Shown piece by piece: positions 10,459 to 20,179 of a DNA stretch of 64,000 nt. The stretch comes from Thermoplasmata archaeon (GTDB lineage: Archaea > Thermoplasmatota > Thermoplasmata > Thermoplasmatales > GCA-001856825). Position numbers and translations under genes: made by a program. Positions within the stretch are counted from its first letter, which is position 1. Every line of letters begins with the position of its first letter. The notes beneath the pieces are model-generated. The model had not been told where the DNA came from. It was given only the letters and a program-made list of their open reading frames with translations, and searched no databases. The DNA is taken from NCBI GenBank assembly GCA_021792255.1, contig JAJYUZ010000002.1, positions 349,071-413,070 on the forward strand, read 5' to 3'.

Positions 10459-12315
10459 ATGTCTTCACTAAAGATTGAAGATTTCTACGACTTAAGATTT
10501 CTCGCAAATTTGAACGTAGCAAATGGAAGGATTTTCTTCGAAGTATTCAGGCCCGTCGAAAAGACAAACAAGTACGAATCTGAAATTTTTGAGCTGAAGG
10601 GAACGAACGTAGTGAGGTACACGCGGGGAAACGAAGATCGCGATAGCGTGGTAGACATTACGGGATTTCTAATGGCGTATCTCATCAGGGAGGACAAGAA
10701 GACTGCCGTGCTGATAAAGGACATCGAGACTGGAGAAGAGAATAAGATATGGGAGACTGATCTGAAAGTTAAGAAGATGGCATGGGACAGGTTGTCCAAG
10801 GGCCTCTACCTTATAGTCCAGGACAAACCGAAGGATAAAGACTTCAGGGTTATCGAAAAATATCCAATTTACTTCAACGGTGAAGGATTCTTCCCTTCCA
10901 TAAATCATAAATTTATCCATCTGGGACTGAGGGGGAAGGTTCAAACCATACTGGAAGGAGATGCAGAAATTATTGATTTTGCGATAAATTCTTCAGGACC
11001 AGACATTGCGATAGTTGAGAGACCAGAAAAATGGGATGTATATGACTCAAGGATAGGAGTTCTTCTTCCAGGCACCGAAGAAATCGACTATATCAAAGGA
11101 GCGAAGGGGGGAATAAGCAGCCCGGTGTACGATCACGATGGGAAACTTTACTTCCTCTTGAACAGGCATGAAAAGAGTATATTCGAAAGTCCAAAAATTT
11201 ACTGCTATGATGGCGGGAGATTGGAAAATCTACTCGAAAGCTATGACATCACTCCTGAGAATACGATGAATTCTGATTCGAGGATGGGAAATACGAAAAC
11301 CATAATTCCGCACGAAGGATTTCTCTACTTCGTAGCGACCGTGCAAGGAAGATCCGGAATCTACAAAATCGGGGCGAATAAGAAGCTGGAGAGTGTGGTG
11401 AGCGGTGATTTTACCATAGATTCATTTGACTTCAACGAAGATGTCATTTACTATATTGGTCAGTCATCAGTCCTTCCTCAAGAGATCTATCGATACGGTG
11501 AACGAAGCCAGAGACTAACGACAATAAACTCCAAATTGGAAAGAAGAACCCTTAAAAAGGCCAGGAATTTTAGCATGATCGCAAGCGACGGTGAGGAAGT
11601 AGAAGGGTGGTTGTTGAAGGGGCAGAAGAAGGCTACAGTCTTAGAAATTCATGGTGGTCCCCGAACTTCTTTTGGGGAGGCATTTTCCTTCGAGTTCCAT
11701 TTATTGAATTCTCGCGGGTTTAACGTCATTTATGCCAACCCCAGGGGGAGTGACAGCTATGGAGACAACTTTGCACTGGAAATAAAGGAAAGGTTCGGAG
11801 AAAGGGACTACCAAGACTTGATGGAGGTCGTTGATTACTCCTCAGACAAGCTGGGAATCAACCCGAGTAATATTGGAGTCATAGGGGGTTCATACGGCGG
11901 ATTCATGGTCAACTGGATGATAGGACACACGAATCTGTTCAAGGCCGCAGTTACGGACAGATCCATAAGCGATCAGATATCCTTTTACTTCTCAAGTGAC
12001 ATCGGACCAAGATTCAATTCTGATCAGATGGGTGGTACTCCGTACGACAATCTGCAGCACTTCTGGGATAAGTCCCCAATCAAATTCATAAAGAATGTGA
12101 AGACTCCTCTCTTGATAATACACTCGGAAGAGGACTATAGATGCCCAGTCTGGCAGGCGTACGAACTCTTTACGCAGCTTAAGAGGCAAGGCTCTGAAGT
12201 CAGGATGGTAATTTTTAAGGAAGAAAACCACGATCTCTCGCGGGGCGGTAAACCCAAGGACAGGATAAAAAGACTTGAAGAAATTCTAGATTGGTTTGAG
12301 ACTAAGCTTGACTGA
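10459..12315 (+). CDS. S9 family (acylaminoacyl/prolyl oligo) peptidase
   Basis: IHGGP, NPRGS, GGSYGG nucleophile, EEDYRC and ENHDL triad residues. Confidence 0.9.
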   Translation: MSSLKIEDFYDLRFLANLNVANGRIFFEVFRPVEKTNKYESEIFELKGTNVVRYTRGNEDRDSVVDITGFLMAYLIREDKKTAVLIKDIETGEENKIWETDLKVKKMAWDRLSKGLYLIVQDKPKDKDFRVIEKYPIYFNGEGFFPSINHKFIHLGLRGKVQTILEGDAEIIDFAINSSGPDIAIVERPEKWDVYDSRIGVLLPGTEEIDYIKGAKGGISSPVYDHDGKLYFLLNRHEKSIFESPKIYCYDGGRLENLLESYDITPENTMNSDSRMGNTKTIIPHEGFLYFVATVQGRSGIYKIGANKKLESVVSGDFTIDSFDFNEDVIYYIGQSSVLPQEIYRYGERSQRLTTINSKLERRTLKKARNFSMIASDGEEVEGWLLKGQKKATVLEIHGGPRTSFGEAFSFEFHLLNSRGFNVIYANPRGSDSYGDNFALEIKERFGERDYQDLMEVVDYSSDKLGINPSNIGVIGGSYGGFMVNWMIGHTNLFKAAVTDRSISDQISFYFSSDIGPRFNSDQMGGTPYDNLQHFWDKSPIKFIKNVKTPLLIIHSEEDYRCPVWQAYELFTQLKRQGSEVRMVIFKEENHDLSRGGKPKDRIKRLEEILDWFETKLD

Positions 12316-12338
12316 TCCATACTGACGGTTACTGGTCC

Positions 12339-12539
12339 TTATTCTCTGCCAGCAAACAGGTAGAATTTCATCTTTTTGAGCAAATCATCGCTGAACTTTT
12401 CAGGAAAAGAGGCTCTATAGCCGAAGAGCTTCGCTGCGAGAACCCTGTTCGTCGAGAATATTTCATAGTACTCAAATCTGAGAGCTGCAATTCGTCGGTT
12501 CAATGACCACAATTTGAACTTGTCGTCATGATCGTTCAT
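12339..12539 (-). CDS. Small hypothetical protein (66 aa)
   Basis: Strong SD GGAGGT upstream of ATG; overlaps the upstream micro-ORF. Confidence 0.55.
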   Translation of the reverse strand: MNDHDDKFKLWSLNRRIAALRFEYYEIFSTNRVLAAKLFGYRASFPEKFSDDLLKKMKFYLFAGRE

Positions 12540-12660
12540 TTTCGACCTCCTTGAGTTTTCTTTCGAACAATTCGTAGTCCTCTTTCGCTTGATTGATGAC
12601 CTCGCGGAGCAATCTCAATTGCTCCTCGCTTTCCTGCAATTCTTCTTCCATTTCATTCAC
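12526..12660 (-). CDS. Small coiled-coil protein (44 aa, MNEMEEELQESEEQLRLLREVINQAKEDYELFERKLKEVENERS)
   Basis: Read by hand, below the ORF-track cut-off; GGGTGA SD upstream; overlaps the next gene. Confidence 0.5.
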   Translation of the reverse strand: MNEMEEELQESEEQLRLLREVINQAKEDYELFERKLKEVENERS

Positions 12661-12851
12661 AAATTTCACCCTATTAGCAGGAATCATCATTCATTAGAAG
12701 GTTCGGCTCTGAAAGCGCGGGAGGATTCCATCTCCATTTTCTCAATATTTGGAACAGTATTATACTTTTCCAGACGATCCCAATTTTCTTTCTTTGACGC
12801 AGTACGGTGACCTCTCTCGTACGTTACCGTGTTTCATAGATCAAAAGAGCT

Positions 12852-14321
12852 TCAAGAGTAATAAGTCGCGTAGTATGGTCCTCTCTCGAAGTTGATCAGC
12901 TTGGCTGGGACCTTGTCTATCCTTCTCGTATCTTTGAAATAAAACAGGATTCCCATACTGGCCCTTCCAGAGTCCGCAACTCCGCTGATTATATCCTTCC
13001 TCTTGTTGGAAATGTCTCCCCCTGCAAATATTCCAGGGTAGCTCGTCATGTTGTACTGATTTACCAAGAGATCTCCAGCCGGGGTAACGTTGATCTTCTT
13101 CATTACTTCAGATGGAATGAAAGAAAGATCTCCTTTCTGTCCGGTCGCCTCTATTATGGTGTCGACTTCAACTGTGTATTCCTTGTCCTTGATGGGGACA
13201 GGTTCTCTTCTTCCCTTTCCGTTATCAACCATCTGGTTTTTCCAATACTTGATTCCCTTTACTTTGCCATTTTCCCCTAAGTACTCGGTCGGAGTCACTT
13301 CCCAGATAAACTGAACTCTCTCTTCCTCTGCCTCGTCCAGTTCCTCTTCTGCATTGCTCGAAGGATATCCGGGTCTATCGGTGACCGCTCTTCTGTACAT
13401 AACTATAACTTTCTTTGCACCCAATCTCAGGGATATTCTCGCCGCGTCGAAAGCTGTGAAGCCACCACCAATTATTGCCACAGTGTTTCCGAGCTCTATC
13501 TTCTTGCCATTATTGATTTGTCCTAGAAAGTCAATTGCGTGATAAACTCCTCTGAGACCAACCCCAGGAGTCCTGGTCTTGGACGGTTTCCAGTTTCCTA
13601 TTGCAATGTATATCGCGTCATATTTGTCCATCAGATCATCAAACTTTACGTCCCTTCCTACCTTCTTGCCGTAATAGATGTTCGCGCCATAAGAAAGAAC
13701 GTGATCGGCCTCTTTCTGTACTGTTTCCCTCGCCAGTCTGAAATTGGGTATTCCATGGACCATCATTCCGCCAGGTCTGTCCGTCGCTTCAAATACGTCC
13801 ACCTGAATCCCGTTTATCGAAAGGTAAAAAGCTGTCGATAGCCCGGATGGTCCTCCCCCAATAATCGCAACCTTAGGGTGTCCTCCCAGATCGTTCTCGA
13901 CGACTTCTAGCGTCTCCCTATAATTGCTCGTGTTTTCGGATATGAATTTCTTGACTTGTCTGATGGCGACCGGTCCCTTATTATCGTCAAGAACGCAGTT
14001 GTCTTCACAAGGGTGGGGGCAAACGCTGCCACAGACCCCTACGAACGGAAGTTTCTCGAAATTGATTTTCAAACCCTCTTCCAAGTGTCCGTTTCTTACA
14101 GCTATCTGATAGCCCGGGACGTCTATTCTCGCTGGGCATCCCTCTATACAAAGGCCGCAGCCGAGACATCTTGAAGCTTCAGCGGTCACTTCTTCAATAG
14201 TGTATGGAACTAGCGTCTGAATTTCTAGGCTCTTGACTCTGTCTGTCGGGTTAAAGTGCTTTATAGGTACTCTCGAATAGTTCACACTGTTCAAATAGGT
14301 CAACCAATTACGATAGTTCAT
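12852..14321 (-). CDS. GltD-like Fe-S flavoprotein (NAD(P)H-dependent oxidoreductase)
   Basis: EASRCLGCGLCIEGCP, CGSVCPHPCEDNC, GGGPSG, IGGGFTAFD, FAGGD. Confidence 0.88.
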   Translation of the reverse strand: MNYRNWLTYLNSVNYSRVPIKHFNPTDRVKSLEIQTLVPYTIEEVTAEASRCLGCGLCIEGCPARIDVPGYQIAVRNGHLEEGLKINFEKLPFVGVCGSVCPHPCEDNCVLDDNKGPVAIRQVKKFISENTSNYRETLEVVENDLGGHPKVAIIGGGPSGLSTAFYLSINGIQVDVFEATDRPGGMMVHGIPNFRLARETVQKEADHVLSYGANIYYGKKVGRDVKFDDLMDKYDAIYIAIGNWKPSKTRTPGVGLRGVYHAIDFLGQINNGKKIELGNTVAIIGGGFTAFDAARISLRLGAKKVIVMYRRAVTDRPGYPSSNAEEELDEAEEERVQFIWEVTPTEYLGENGKVKGIKYWKNQMVDNGKGRREPVPIKDKEYTVEVDTIIEATGQKGDLSFIPSEVMKKINVTPAGDLLVNQYNMTSYPGIFAGGDISNKRKDIISGVADSGRASMGILFYFKDTRRIDKVPAKLINFERGPYYATYYS

Positions 14322-14402
14322 ACAATATTATAATGATTTTCAACTACAGAAAGAGCCCTCGAATCCTTCATTTGGACCAGGCGAAATATCCAGTATTCTA
14401 AT

Positions 14403-14939
14403 CTATCTGAGTCGCATATGTTCTAAACTGTTGGTGGCCCTATAAAAACCAGGATCAATGTCTAGACTCTTCTTGTACATCTTTGCCGCAAGCTTTTCCT
14501 TTCCTATGCTCTCCAATATTTGCCCTTTTACAAAGTAGAAGTCCGCTTTTGGCGGTTTTACGCTTGTTATCGCTTTTAGATCGTCCAACGCCACTTTAGG
14601 ATATCCCATCATTGCCAACGCTATTGCTCTGTTAAAATACGAGTCTACTGCCTTCTTGTTTCCTGCCTTTCTAAGCATGGCAATTGACTTGGTGTAGAGA
14701 TCGATAGCCTCCGAATACTGAGAGTCTTCGACCATTCCGTTGGCAAGTTCATAATACTTCCTGGAGATTCTCGAGATGATTTCTATTTTCTCCTTCTTCT
14801 TGCTCGGGGTCGAAAAAATGCTCTCCAGTTTTTCTGTCTCTTTTTCGATTTCAATCTCCTGCTTATCCCTCTCGAGAATCCTCTCCATTCTCTCTGGGTC
14901 TACAGCCATTGCTAGCGTCGGATGGACACCATCTTTCAT
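14403..14939 (-). CDS. TPR-repeat protein
   Basis: EAIDLYTKSI, YFNRAIA, YFVKGQIL, YKKSLDIDP. Confidence 0.75.
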   Translation of the reverse strand: MKDGVHPTLAMAVDPERMERILERDKQEIEIEKETEKLESIFSTPSKKKEKIEIISRISRKYYELANGMVEDSQYSEAIDLYTKSIAMLRKAGNKKAVDSYFNRAIALAMMGYPKVALDDLKAITSVKPPKADFYFVKGQILESIGKEKLAAKMYKKSLDIDPGFYRATNSLEHMRLR

Positions 14940-15061
14940 TGGCGAACAATGAGAAATTTGATATTAAAATATTTCGTACATGGTTAAATTCATTCGGCGA
15001 ACTTTTCTTTCTTAGCTTTGATAAAGTTAAACACTTCAAAATAACAAAAATGCAATCAGTT

Positions 15062-15388
15062 TCAGATGCTGTCTCTCCTGAATTCTATTCTGCCTTCTTC
15101 GAATGTGAGCGAGTAGATATCATTCACCTCGAATTTTATTCCTAAGGACTCGTATTCTTCGTCGGTGAGTCTGAGAATCAGCTTCTGGTTGGGTCGTGCC
15201 TGAATACCGACGGTCTGGGAAATACCTTTCATTAGGTCATTGACGAAATCAGGTCCAAAGTTAAAGCTTTGAACGGGTCTGTCTCTTTCTGTGACATATT
15301 CGTCGAGGTCTACCTCCCTTCCTCTGGTTCTCGTTTCTTGATCGTAAAATGACGATATGTTTATGACGATTACCTTCTTGTTCAGCAT
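15062..15388 (-). CDS. Arcadin-1-like protein
   Basis: 108 aa; C-terminal LILRLTDEEYESLGIKFEVNDIYSLTFEEGRIEF resembles the arcadin-1 LxLTEEE..G.IxVGDxIxIxxxxGxI pattern (from memory). Confidence 0.6.
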   Translation of the reverse strand: MLNKKVIVINISSFYDQETRTRGREVDLDEYVTERDRPVQSFNFGPDFVNDLMKGISQTVGIQARPNQKLILRLTDEEYESLGIKFEVNDIYSLTFEEGRIEFRRDSI

Positions 15389-15539
15389 AAGTCAGCAACG
15401 TAAATTGATATATTTATTTGTGGTGAGGCACACTTTGCAAGTGAAAAGTGCTGACATAAAGCAAAACGCTGCCATTGATGTTGGTCAGGAATGATTTTAA
15501 CGTTTAGATCAATTCCGTCGCCCTGAATTCTGACAGAAG

Positions 15540-15794
15540 CTATCCCTCAAAAGCTATCAAAAGGTTTTCCAATATAGTAACAAAAAGGTTCTCTCCTATC
15601 AACACACTCAAAAATGCCAAAAAGATCCCGAAGACGAAAACTTCAGTCAAAATTAGCATTGCAGCTATCGCAAAAAGACCAATTATGTAAATAAAGGAAC
15701 CATTCACCAAAACTACGAGGATTAGTAATAGCCATAGCTCTAAACTCCTCAGTTTTCTATCTCTCTCAGATCTGGGATTTCTGACTATTATCAT
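15540..15794 (-). CDS. Small 2-TM membrane protein
   Basis: Basic N-terminus then long hydrophobic segments; no family recognised. Confidence 0.45.
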   Translation of the reverse strand: MIIVRNPRSERDRKLRSLELWLLLILVVLVNGSFIYIIGLFAIAAMLILTEVFVFGIFLAFLSVLIGENLFVTILENLLIAFEG

Positions 15795-16078
15795 CTTCGA
15801 TTCTCTTCTAATTTACCATGGAAGTTAAGCGAAAGTCGGTCTGGTTTGTGCCTAACACGACGATGGCACCAAACACATCTGCTTGCGCTTAATAGCCAAC
15901 GGTGTTGGTCTCCCATAAAATAACGTTGAACGACCTTATAAATGTTGGGAAGATTCGACCGGTACAGATTTTCGAGGACTTGGAAACCGGTTTAAAAGAG
16001 TCAAAAGAGAAGAACCTAACATCTTATTTCTGTTGAGATATTCTGCGTCACAGATTCAAAGCTCCTCAACTCCACTCG

Positions 16079-17086
16079 CTACCTCGATTGATCATCGAGA
16101 AGCAACAGTGCTTGATCTCTTCTGAGGTCTGTGAAATGTCTCGCGACTTCCCTCACCAACTCCTTCTGTCCTGAATTGTAGAGGGCAATTAGTGCATTTC
16201 TGGCAAATCCTTCGTGCGTTGCCCTCTTTATCGCACTCCCTCTGTAGATTTCGTTGAACGATTCTTTGTCAATGAACGCTATGTCTTCAAGCTTCATTTT
16301 GGGGGGATATGATTCCTGTCGCACTTCGACTAACGAAGAATCTCTTTTTCCCGCGTTCCATGGACAGACGTTGTTGCATATGTCACATCCGAAGATCATG
16401 TCATCCATCCTTGCAGAGACTTCCATCGGAATTATTCCCCTATTCTCTATTGTGTGATAAGAAATACAGAGGTTAGAATTGAGAGTTCTATCTAGGTTTA
16501 TGGCTCCAGTGGGACAACTTTCGATGCACTTGGTACATTTTCCACACAAGTCAGAAGAGGAAGGACTGAAATTGTCAATGCACAAGTCGGTAACAGCAGC
16601 TCCTATGAAAGTAAACGATCCCATAGCCGAGTTGATTAACATGGAATTCTTCCCTACCCAGCCCAATGAAGAATTCTTGGCTAAGCCCCTTTCAAGCAGA
16701 GGGCCGGTATCAACGTACGTTTTGAAATTACTGACAAACAGTTTGTTTTCTGTCATGAACTTATCAATCAACCGAGGAAAGAACTTGTGATAATCTCCGA
16801 AGCTTGCATAAGTAGCTATTCTTCCATAGCCTTCTCTAAAGGAATTCTTTCTCCTATAATTCAACAAGAAGACAATAATCGATTTTGAATTCTGCATTAA
16901 GAGGGACGTATCGTTGCTCTTCATAACTCTCTCACTCCTCGCAAGATAACTCATCGAAGCGTGATACCTGCTGTTAATCCAATTGGAATAGGTCTCAGAA
17001 TACAGACTTCCAACCCGGATCGAAGAGAATTCAAGGTCAGGAGGAATAGAAAGATCCTGATCCAGCAACACATGCGGAAATATCAA
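16079..17086 (-). CDS. queG: Epoxyqueuosine reductase QueG-like (cobalamin, 2x[4Fe-4S])
   Basis: YHASMSYL, GRIATYA..GDYH, VDTGPLLER, LGWVGKNSMLI, CGKCTKCIESCPTGA, CISYHTIE, FGCDICNNVCPWN, RNALIAL. Confidence 0.85.
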   Translation of the reverse strand: MIFPHVLLDQDLSIPPDLEFSSIRVGSLYSETYSNWINSRYHASMSYLARSERVMKSNDTSLLMQNSKSIIVFLLNYRRKNSFREGYGRIATYASFGDYHKFFPRLIDKFMTENKLFVSNFKTYVDTGPLLERGLAKNSSLGWVGKNSMLINSAMGSFTFIGAAVTDLCIDNFSPSSSDLCGKCTKCIESCPTGAINLDRTLNSNLCISYHTIENRGIIPMEVSARMDDMIFGCDICNNVCPWNAGKRDSSLVEVRQESYPPKMKLEDIAFIDKESFNEIYRGSAIKRATHEGFARNALIALYNSGQKELVREVARHFTDLRRDQALLLLDDQSR

Positions 17087-17138
17087 AGGAACTCTAAAAC
17101 TTAACCATATTTATTATTTAAGGGGTAAATTACCAGAA

Positions 17139-18059
17139 GTGAAAATCGGGAAGGCCACAACGAAAGAGATCGACCATATTTTGACCAAGAACAGAGATGT
17201 AATGCTGGAAAGTAATGTTCTGGGCTCGGACTTCTCTTTCCTCAAGATAAGGACGTCGGATCTCGTTTTCAAGATGGAACCAATGGTGTTTTATAAATTC
17301 CTGACTGCTCAAGAAAATGCTGCTCTTTCAGTAACGTTCCCGATCAACGATTTCATTGCTTCTGGGACCTGGCCGTCCATTGCGATGACAGACTTTGAGA
17401 AGCCCAAGGGTGTCGGAAAAGAATTCTTTGATTATGTTACTCAGGTCCTCAGGAATCTAGGGGAGAGAAAAATCAGGATAGCTTCTGGTCACACCGGATT
17501 CTACGGTAACGTGGGTCATGGTGTGGTTGGATCCATGGCCTTGATAGGTCTTGAAGGACCAATTTTCAGTTTTGCCAGAATAGAGAAGGACGACTCTTTC
17601 TATTCTGTAGGCTACCTCGGCACAGAGTTATCATATTTTCGTGGCAAACAGGAACGCAAGAGCAACACTAAACCGTCCGATCTCTCGATCGAGAAGTATG
17701 TAAAGGAATTTCTCAAGATGAGAAGAACTGTCCATTATGTTCACGATATGTCAGAGGGAGGTCTTATAAGGGCTATCGGAGAAGTTTCAGAATTAATTAA
17801 ATCGGGTTTTAATGTCGGGTCAGAGCATCTTAAAAGCATATCGGCGAGAGGGGCTGAAGATTATGGGGTAAACGTGCTCTCTGCAAGCTCTTCCGGGTCG
17901 GTGATCGTCTCGGTGGAACGGGGTCGAAAAGAGGAATTTGAAGGAAAAATGAAAGAGAATGCATTCCCCTTCATTGAGATTGAAAAGAGAAAAAAAGGAG
18001 TAACCGTTGACGGAAAGAAATTCAGTCCCAGAGATAGTGTCGTCAATTTTCTAAAATAG
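17139..18059 (+). CDS. AIR synthase/PurM-fold protein (divergent)
   Basis: INDFIASG, ASGHT, HDMSEGGL, SSSGS motifs. Confidence 0.7.
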   Translation: MKIGKATTKEIDHILTKNRDVMLESNVLGSDFSFLKIRTSDLVFKMEPMVFYKFLTAQENAALSVTFPINDFIASGTWPSIAMTDFEKPKGVGKEFFDYVTQVLRNLGERKIRIASGHTGFYGNVGHGVVGSMALIGLEGPIFSFARIEKDDSFYSVGYLGTELSYFRGKQERKSNTKPSDLSIEKYVKEFLKMRRTVHYVHDMSEGGLIRAIGEVSELIKSGFNVGSEHLKSISARGAEDYGVNVLSASSSGSVIVSVERGRKEEFEGKMKENAFPFIEIEKRKKGVTVDGKKFSPRDSVVNFLK

Positions 18060-18130
18060 CCAGTCCAATCTTCCAGATCAAAGCGACTTTGGAGACCAAC
18101 TAATTTATATCACTTTTTACTTTCAGAACG

Positions 18131-18958
18131 ATGAAAATAGATGGGCTGGAGCTGAGCCTCGCAAGCGATGGAGTTTTCAAGTTGGACGGCGGGGCGATGT
18201 TTGGGATCGTGCCGAAACCCGTGTGGGAAAAATATTTCTCTCCAGATGTGAAGAACAAGATTACCTTGGGAACAAATGTACTGGTAATCAGAGCTGGAAA
18301 GAATGTGGCACTTGTCGACCTGGGAATAGGCGATAAATTCGACAAGAGGTTGTTCGACATCTACGAAATCAGCAGAGAGAGGAACCTATTGGAAGATCTC
18401 AGAGCCAAGGGAATCGAGAGAACTGACGTGACCCATGTCTTCATAACACACGGACATCTAGACCACACCGGGTGGGCTACCACCTACCATCACGAAAAAA
18501 TTGAACCGACATTCCCAATGGCAAAATATTACATGCAAGAAGAAACTCTCAAAGAAATCAAAGAGCCCAACCAGAAGACCAAGCCCAATTACAACTATCT
18601 TAACTTCGAAAACCTTAGTGAACATCTGGAACTTCTGAATGGGGATGAGGAAGTACTGCCAGGTATCCGGCTCGTAAAGTCAGGAGGACACACGAAGGGG
18701 CACCAGATTGTGGAGGTTCGTGTCGGGAACAATACTTTCGTTTATTTCGGAGATCTGATACCAACTTCTGCGCACATCAAACCAGCGTACGTCATGGCGT
18801 ACGATCTCTACCCAATGGACACCTTCTACAAAAAGAGGGAAATACTAGAAAAGGCGTATGAAGAATCCTGGACAATCTTTTTTGAGCACGATCCTACTAC
18901 TCCAGTGGCAAAGTTGAGCGATGTCGAGAACTATACTCTGAAAAAGATTTCATTCTAA
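18131..18958 (+). CDS. MBL-fold hydrolase (YtnP-like lactonase family)
   Basis: LDGGAMFGIVPKPVW, THGHLDHTG, GHTKGHQ, GDLIPT, FEHDP. Confidence 0.88.
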   Translation: MKIDGLELSLASDGVFKLDGGAMFGIVPKPVWEKYFSPDVKNKITLGTNVLVIRAGKNVALVDLGIGDKFDKRLFDIYEISRERNLLEDLRAKGIERTDVTHVFITHGHLDHTGWATTYHHEKIEPTFPMAKYYMQEETLKEIKEPNQKTKPNYNYLNFENLSEHLELLNGDEEVLPGIRLVKSGGHTKGHQIVEVRVGNNTFVYFGDLIPTSAHIKPAYVMAYDLYPMDTFYKKREILEKAYEESWTIFFEHDPTTPVAKLSDVENYTLKKISF

Positions 18959-20088
18959 AAAGATGGCATTCCTTTTTTCAAAATTTCACGGGCTATGATC
19001 ATTCTCTGGATCTCGTTTGTGCCTTCATAGATTTGAGTTATCTTTGCTTCCCTGAACCTTCTTTCCAGTGGGTATTCTTCGGACATGGCGTGATATCCGA
19101 GAAGTGAAATGGCATCTGAAGTGATCTGTACCGCTGAGTCTCCTGCCTGGAGCTTTGACAAGGAGCTCATTAACGTAGCCTCCTTTCCTGTCTGTGCGTA
19201 ATGAATCGACTCGTTGTATTTTGCCACGGAAGAATGCAACTGGTTGACCATGTCAGCAAGCCTGAACTGCTTGTTCTCTCCGTTAATACCTCCCAATTCC
19301 TCGTTGAAACGTATCACGTCTCTGATTGCACCCTCAGAGATACCGATCGCTTGAGAAGCGATTCCAATTCTTCCAAGATTTAGTGTGTCCATTTCTATCT
19401 TGAATCCTTCGTCCAGGTTGCCTACTATCTGCTCTTTATCAACCTCCACGTTGTCAAGCAGTACTTCTGTAGTACTGGTTCCCCTTATTCCCATTTTCTT
19501 GAATTCATTTCCGATCGATAAGCCGTCCATTTCTCTGTCTAGAGCGAACAGGGTAATGCCGTGGTGCTTCTTCTCAGGAGAAGTCACCGCAGAGGCAAGA
19601 TAAAACTCCGCTTCGTCCCCGTTCGTGATGAAAGTCTTCCCTCCATTCAGCACGTAACCTGCTCCCTTTTTGCTTGCCGTAGTCTTGATGGCAGCAGCAT
19701 CAGAACCCGCCCCAGGCTCAGTTATTGCAAGGGCCCCGATGGTACCTTTTGCAATTTTTGAGAGGTATTTCCTTTTCAAAAATTCAGATCCGTACTTAAG
19801 TATAGGTTCTCCGAAGAGGGATATCGTGACGTCTGGAATCAAGGATGTGGAGGCACACTCTCTCGATATGATTCTTATGCTTTCCATCAAGGAGTTGAGC
19901 GAGAATGCCAAACCTCCATATTTTCTGGGGATGTAAAATGAGAACACTCCAATACTCCCCATCTCTCTCACTAGATCAGACGGGAAAGTGGCCAGGTCGT
20001 CTATCTCAGACGCTCTCTTTCTTACCTTTGAAACTGCAAATTCCTCCACTTCCTTCAGTTTTTCGTGTTCAGAAATGTCTAAATCCAT
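18955..20088 (-). CDS. Acyl-CoA dehydrogenase
   Basis: AITEPGAGSD, LNGGKTFITNG, KMGIRG, QIYEGTNEIQR; start moved to ATG 20088. Confidence 0.92.
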   Translation of the reverse strand: MDLDISEHEKLKEVEEFAVSKVRKRASEIDDLATFPSDLVREMGSIGVFSFYIPRKYGGLAFSLNSLMESIRIISRECASTSLIPDVTISLFGEPILKYGSEFLKRKYLSKIAKGTIGALAITEPGAGSDAAAIKTTASKKGAGYVLNGGKTFITNGDEAEFYLASAVTSPEKKHHGITLFALDREMDGLSIGNEFKKMGIRGTSTTEVLLDNVEVDKEQIVGNLDEGFKIEMDTLNLGRIGIASQAIGISEGAIRDVIRFNEELGGINGENKQFRLADMVNQLHSSVAKYNESIHYAQTGKEATLMSSLSKLQAGDSAVQITSDAISLLGYHAMSEEYPLERRFREAKITQIYEGTNEIQRMIIAREILKKGMPSF

Positions 20089-20179
20089 CAATTTCCAGTA
20101 TGAAGCGCTGAAAATTAAGTTTCTCTCCTCCAGTATATCTGACAAAAGTCTTATATTTGTCTTATGTATATATTCAGAA

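Noticed and set aside
12339-12660. Split LemA pseudogene
   Set aside because: Resemblance limited to generic coiled-coil and LFGY words; no TM or N-terminal LemA remnant
18131-18958. Quorum-quenching system formed by the YtnP-like lactonase and LsrF
   Set aside because: The genes are 8 kb apart and unlinked; YtnP-like proteins are widespread and promiscuous
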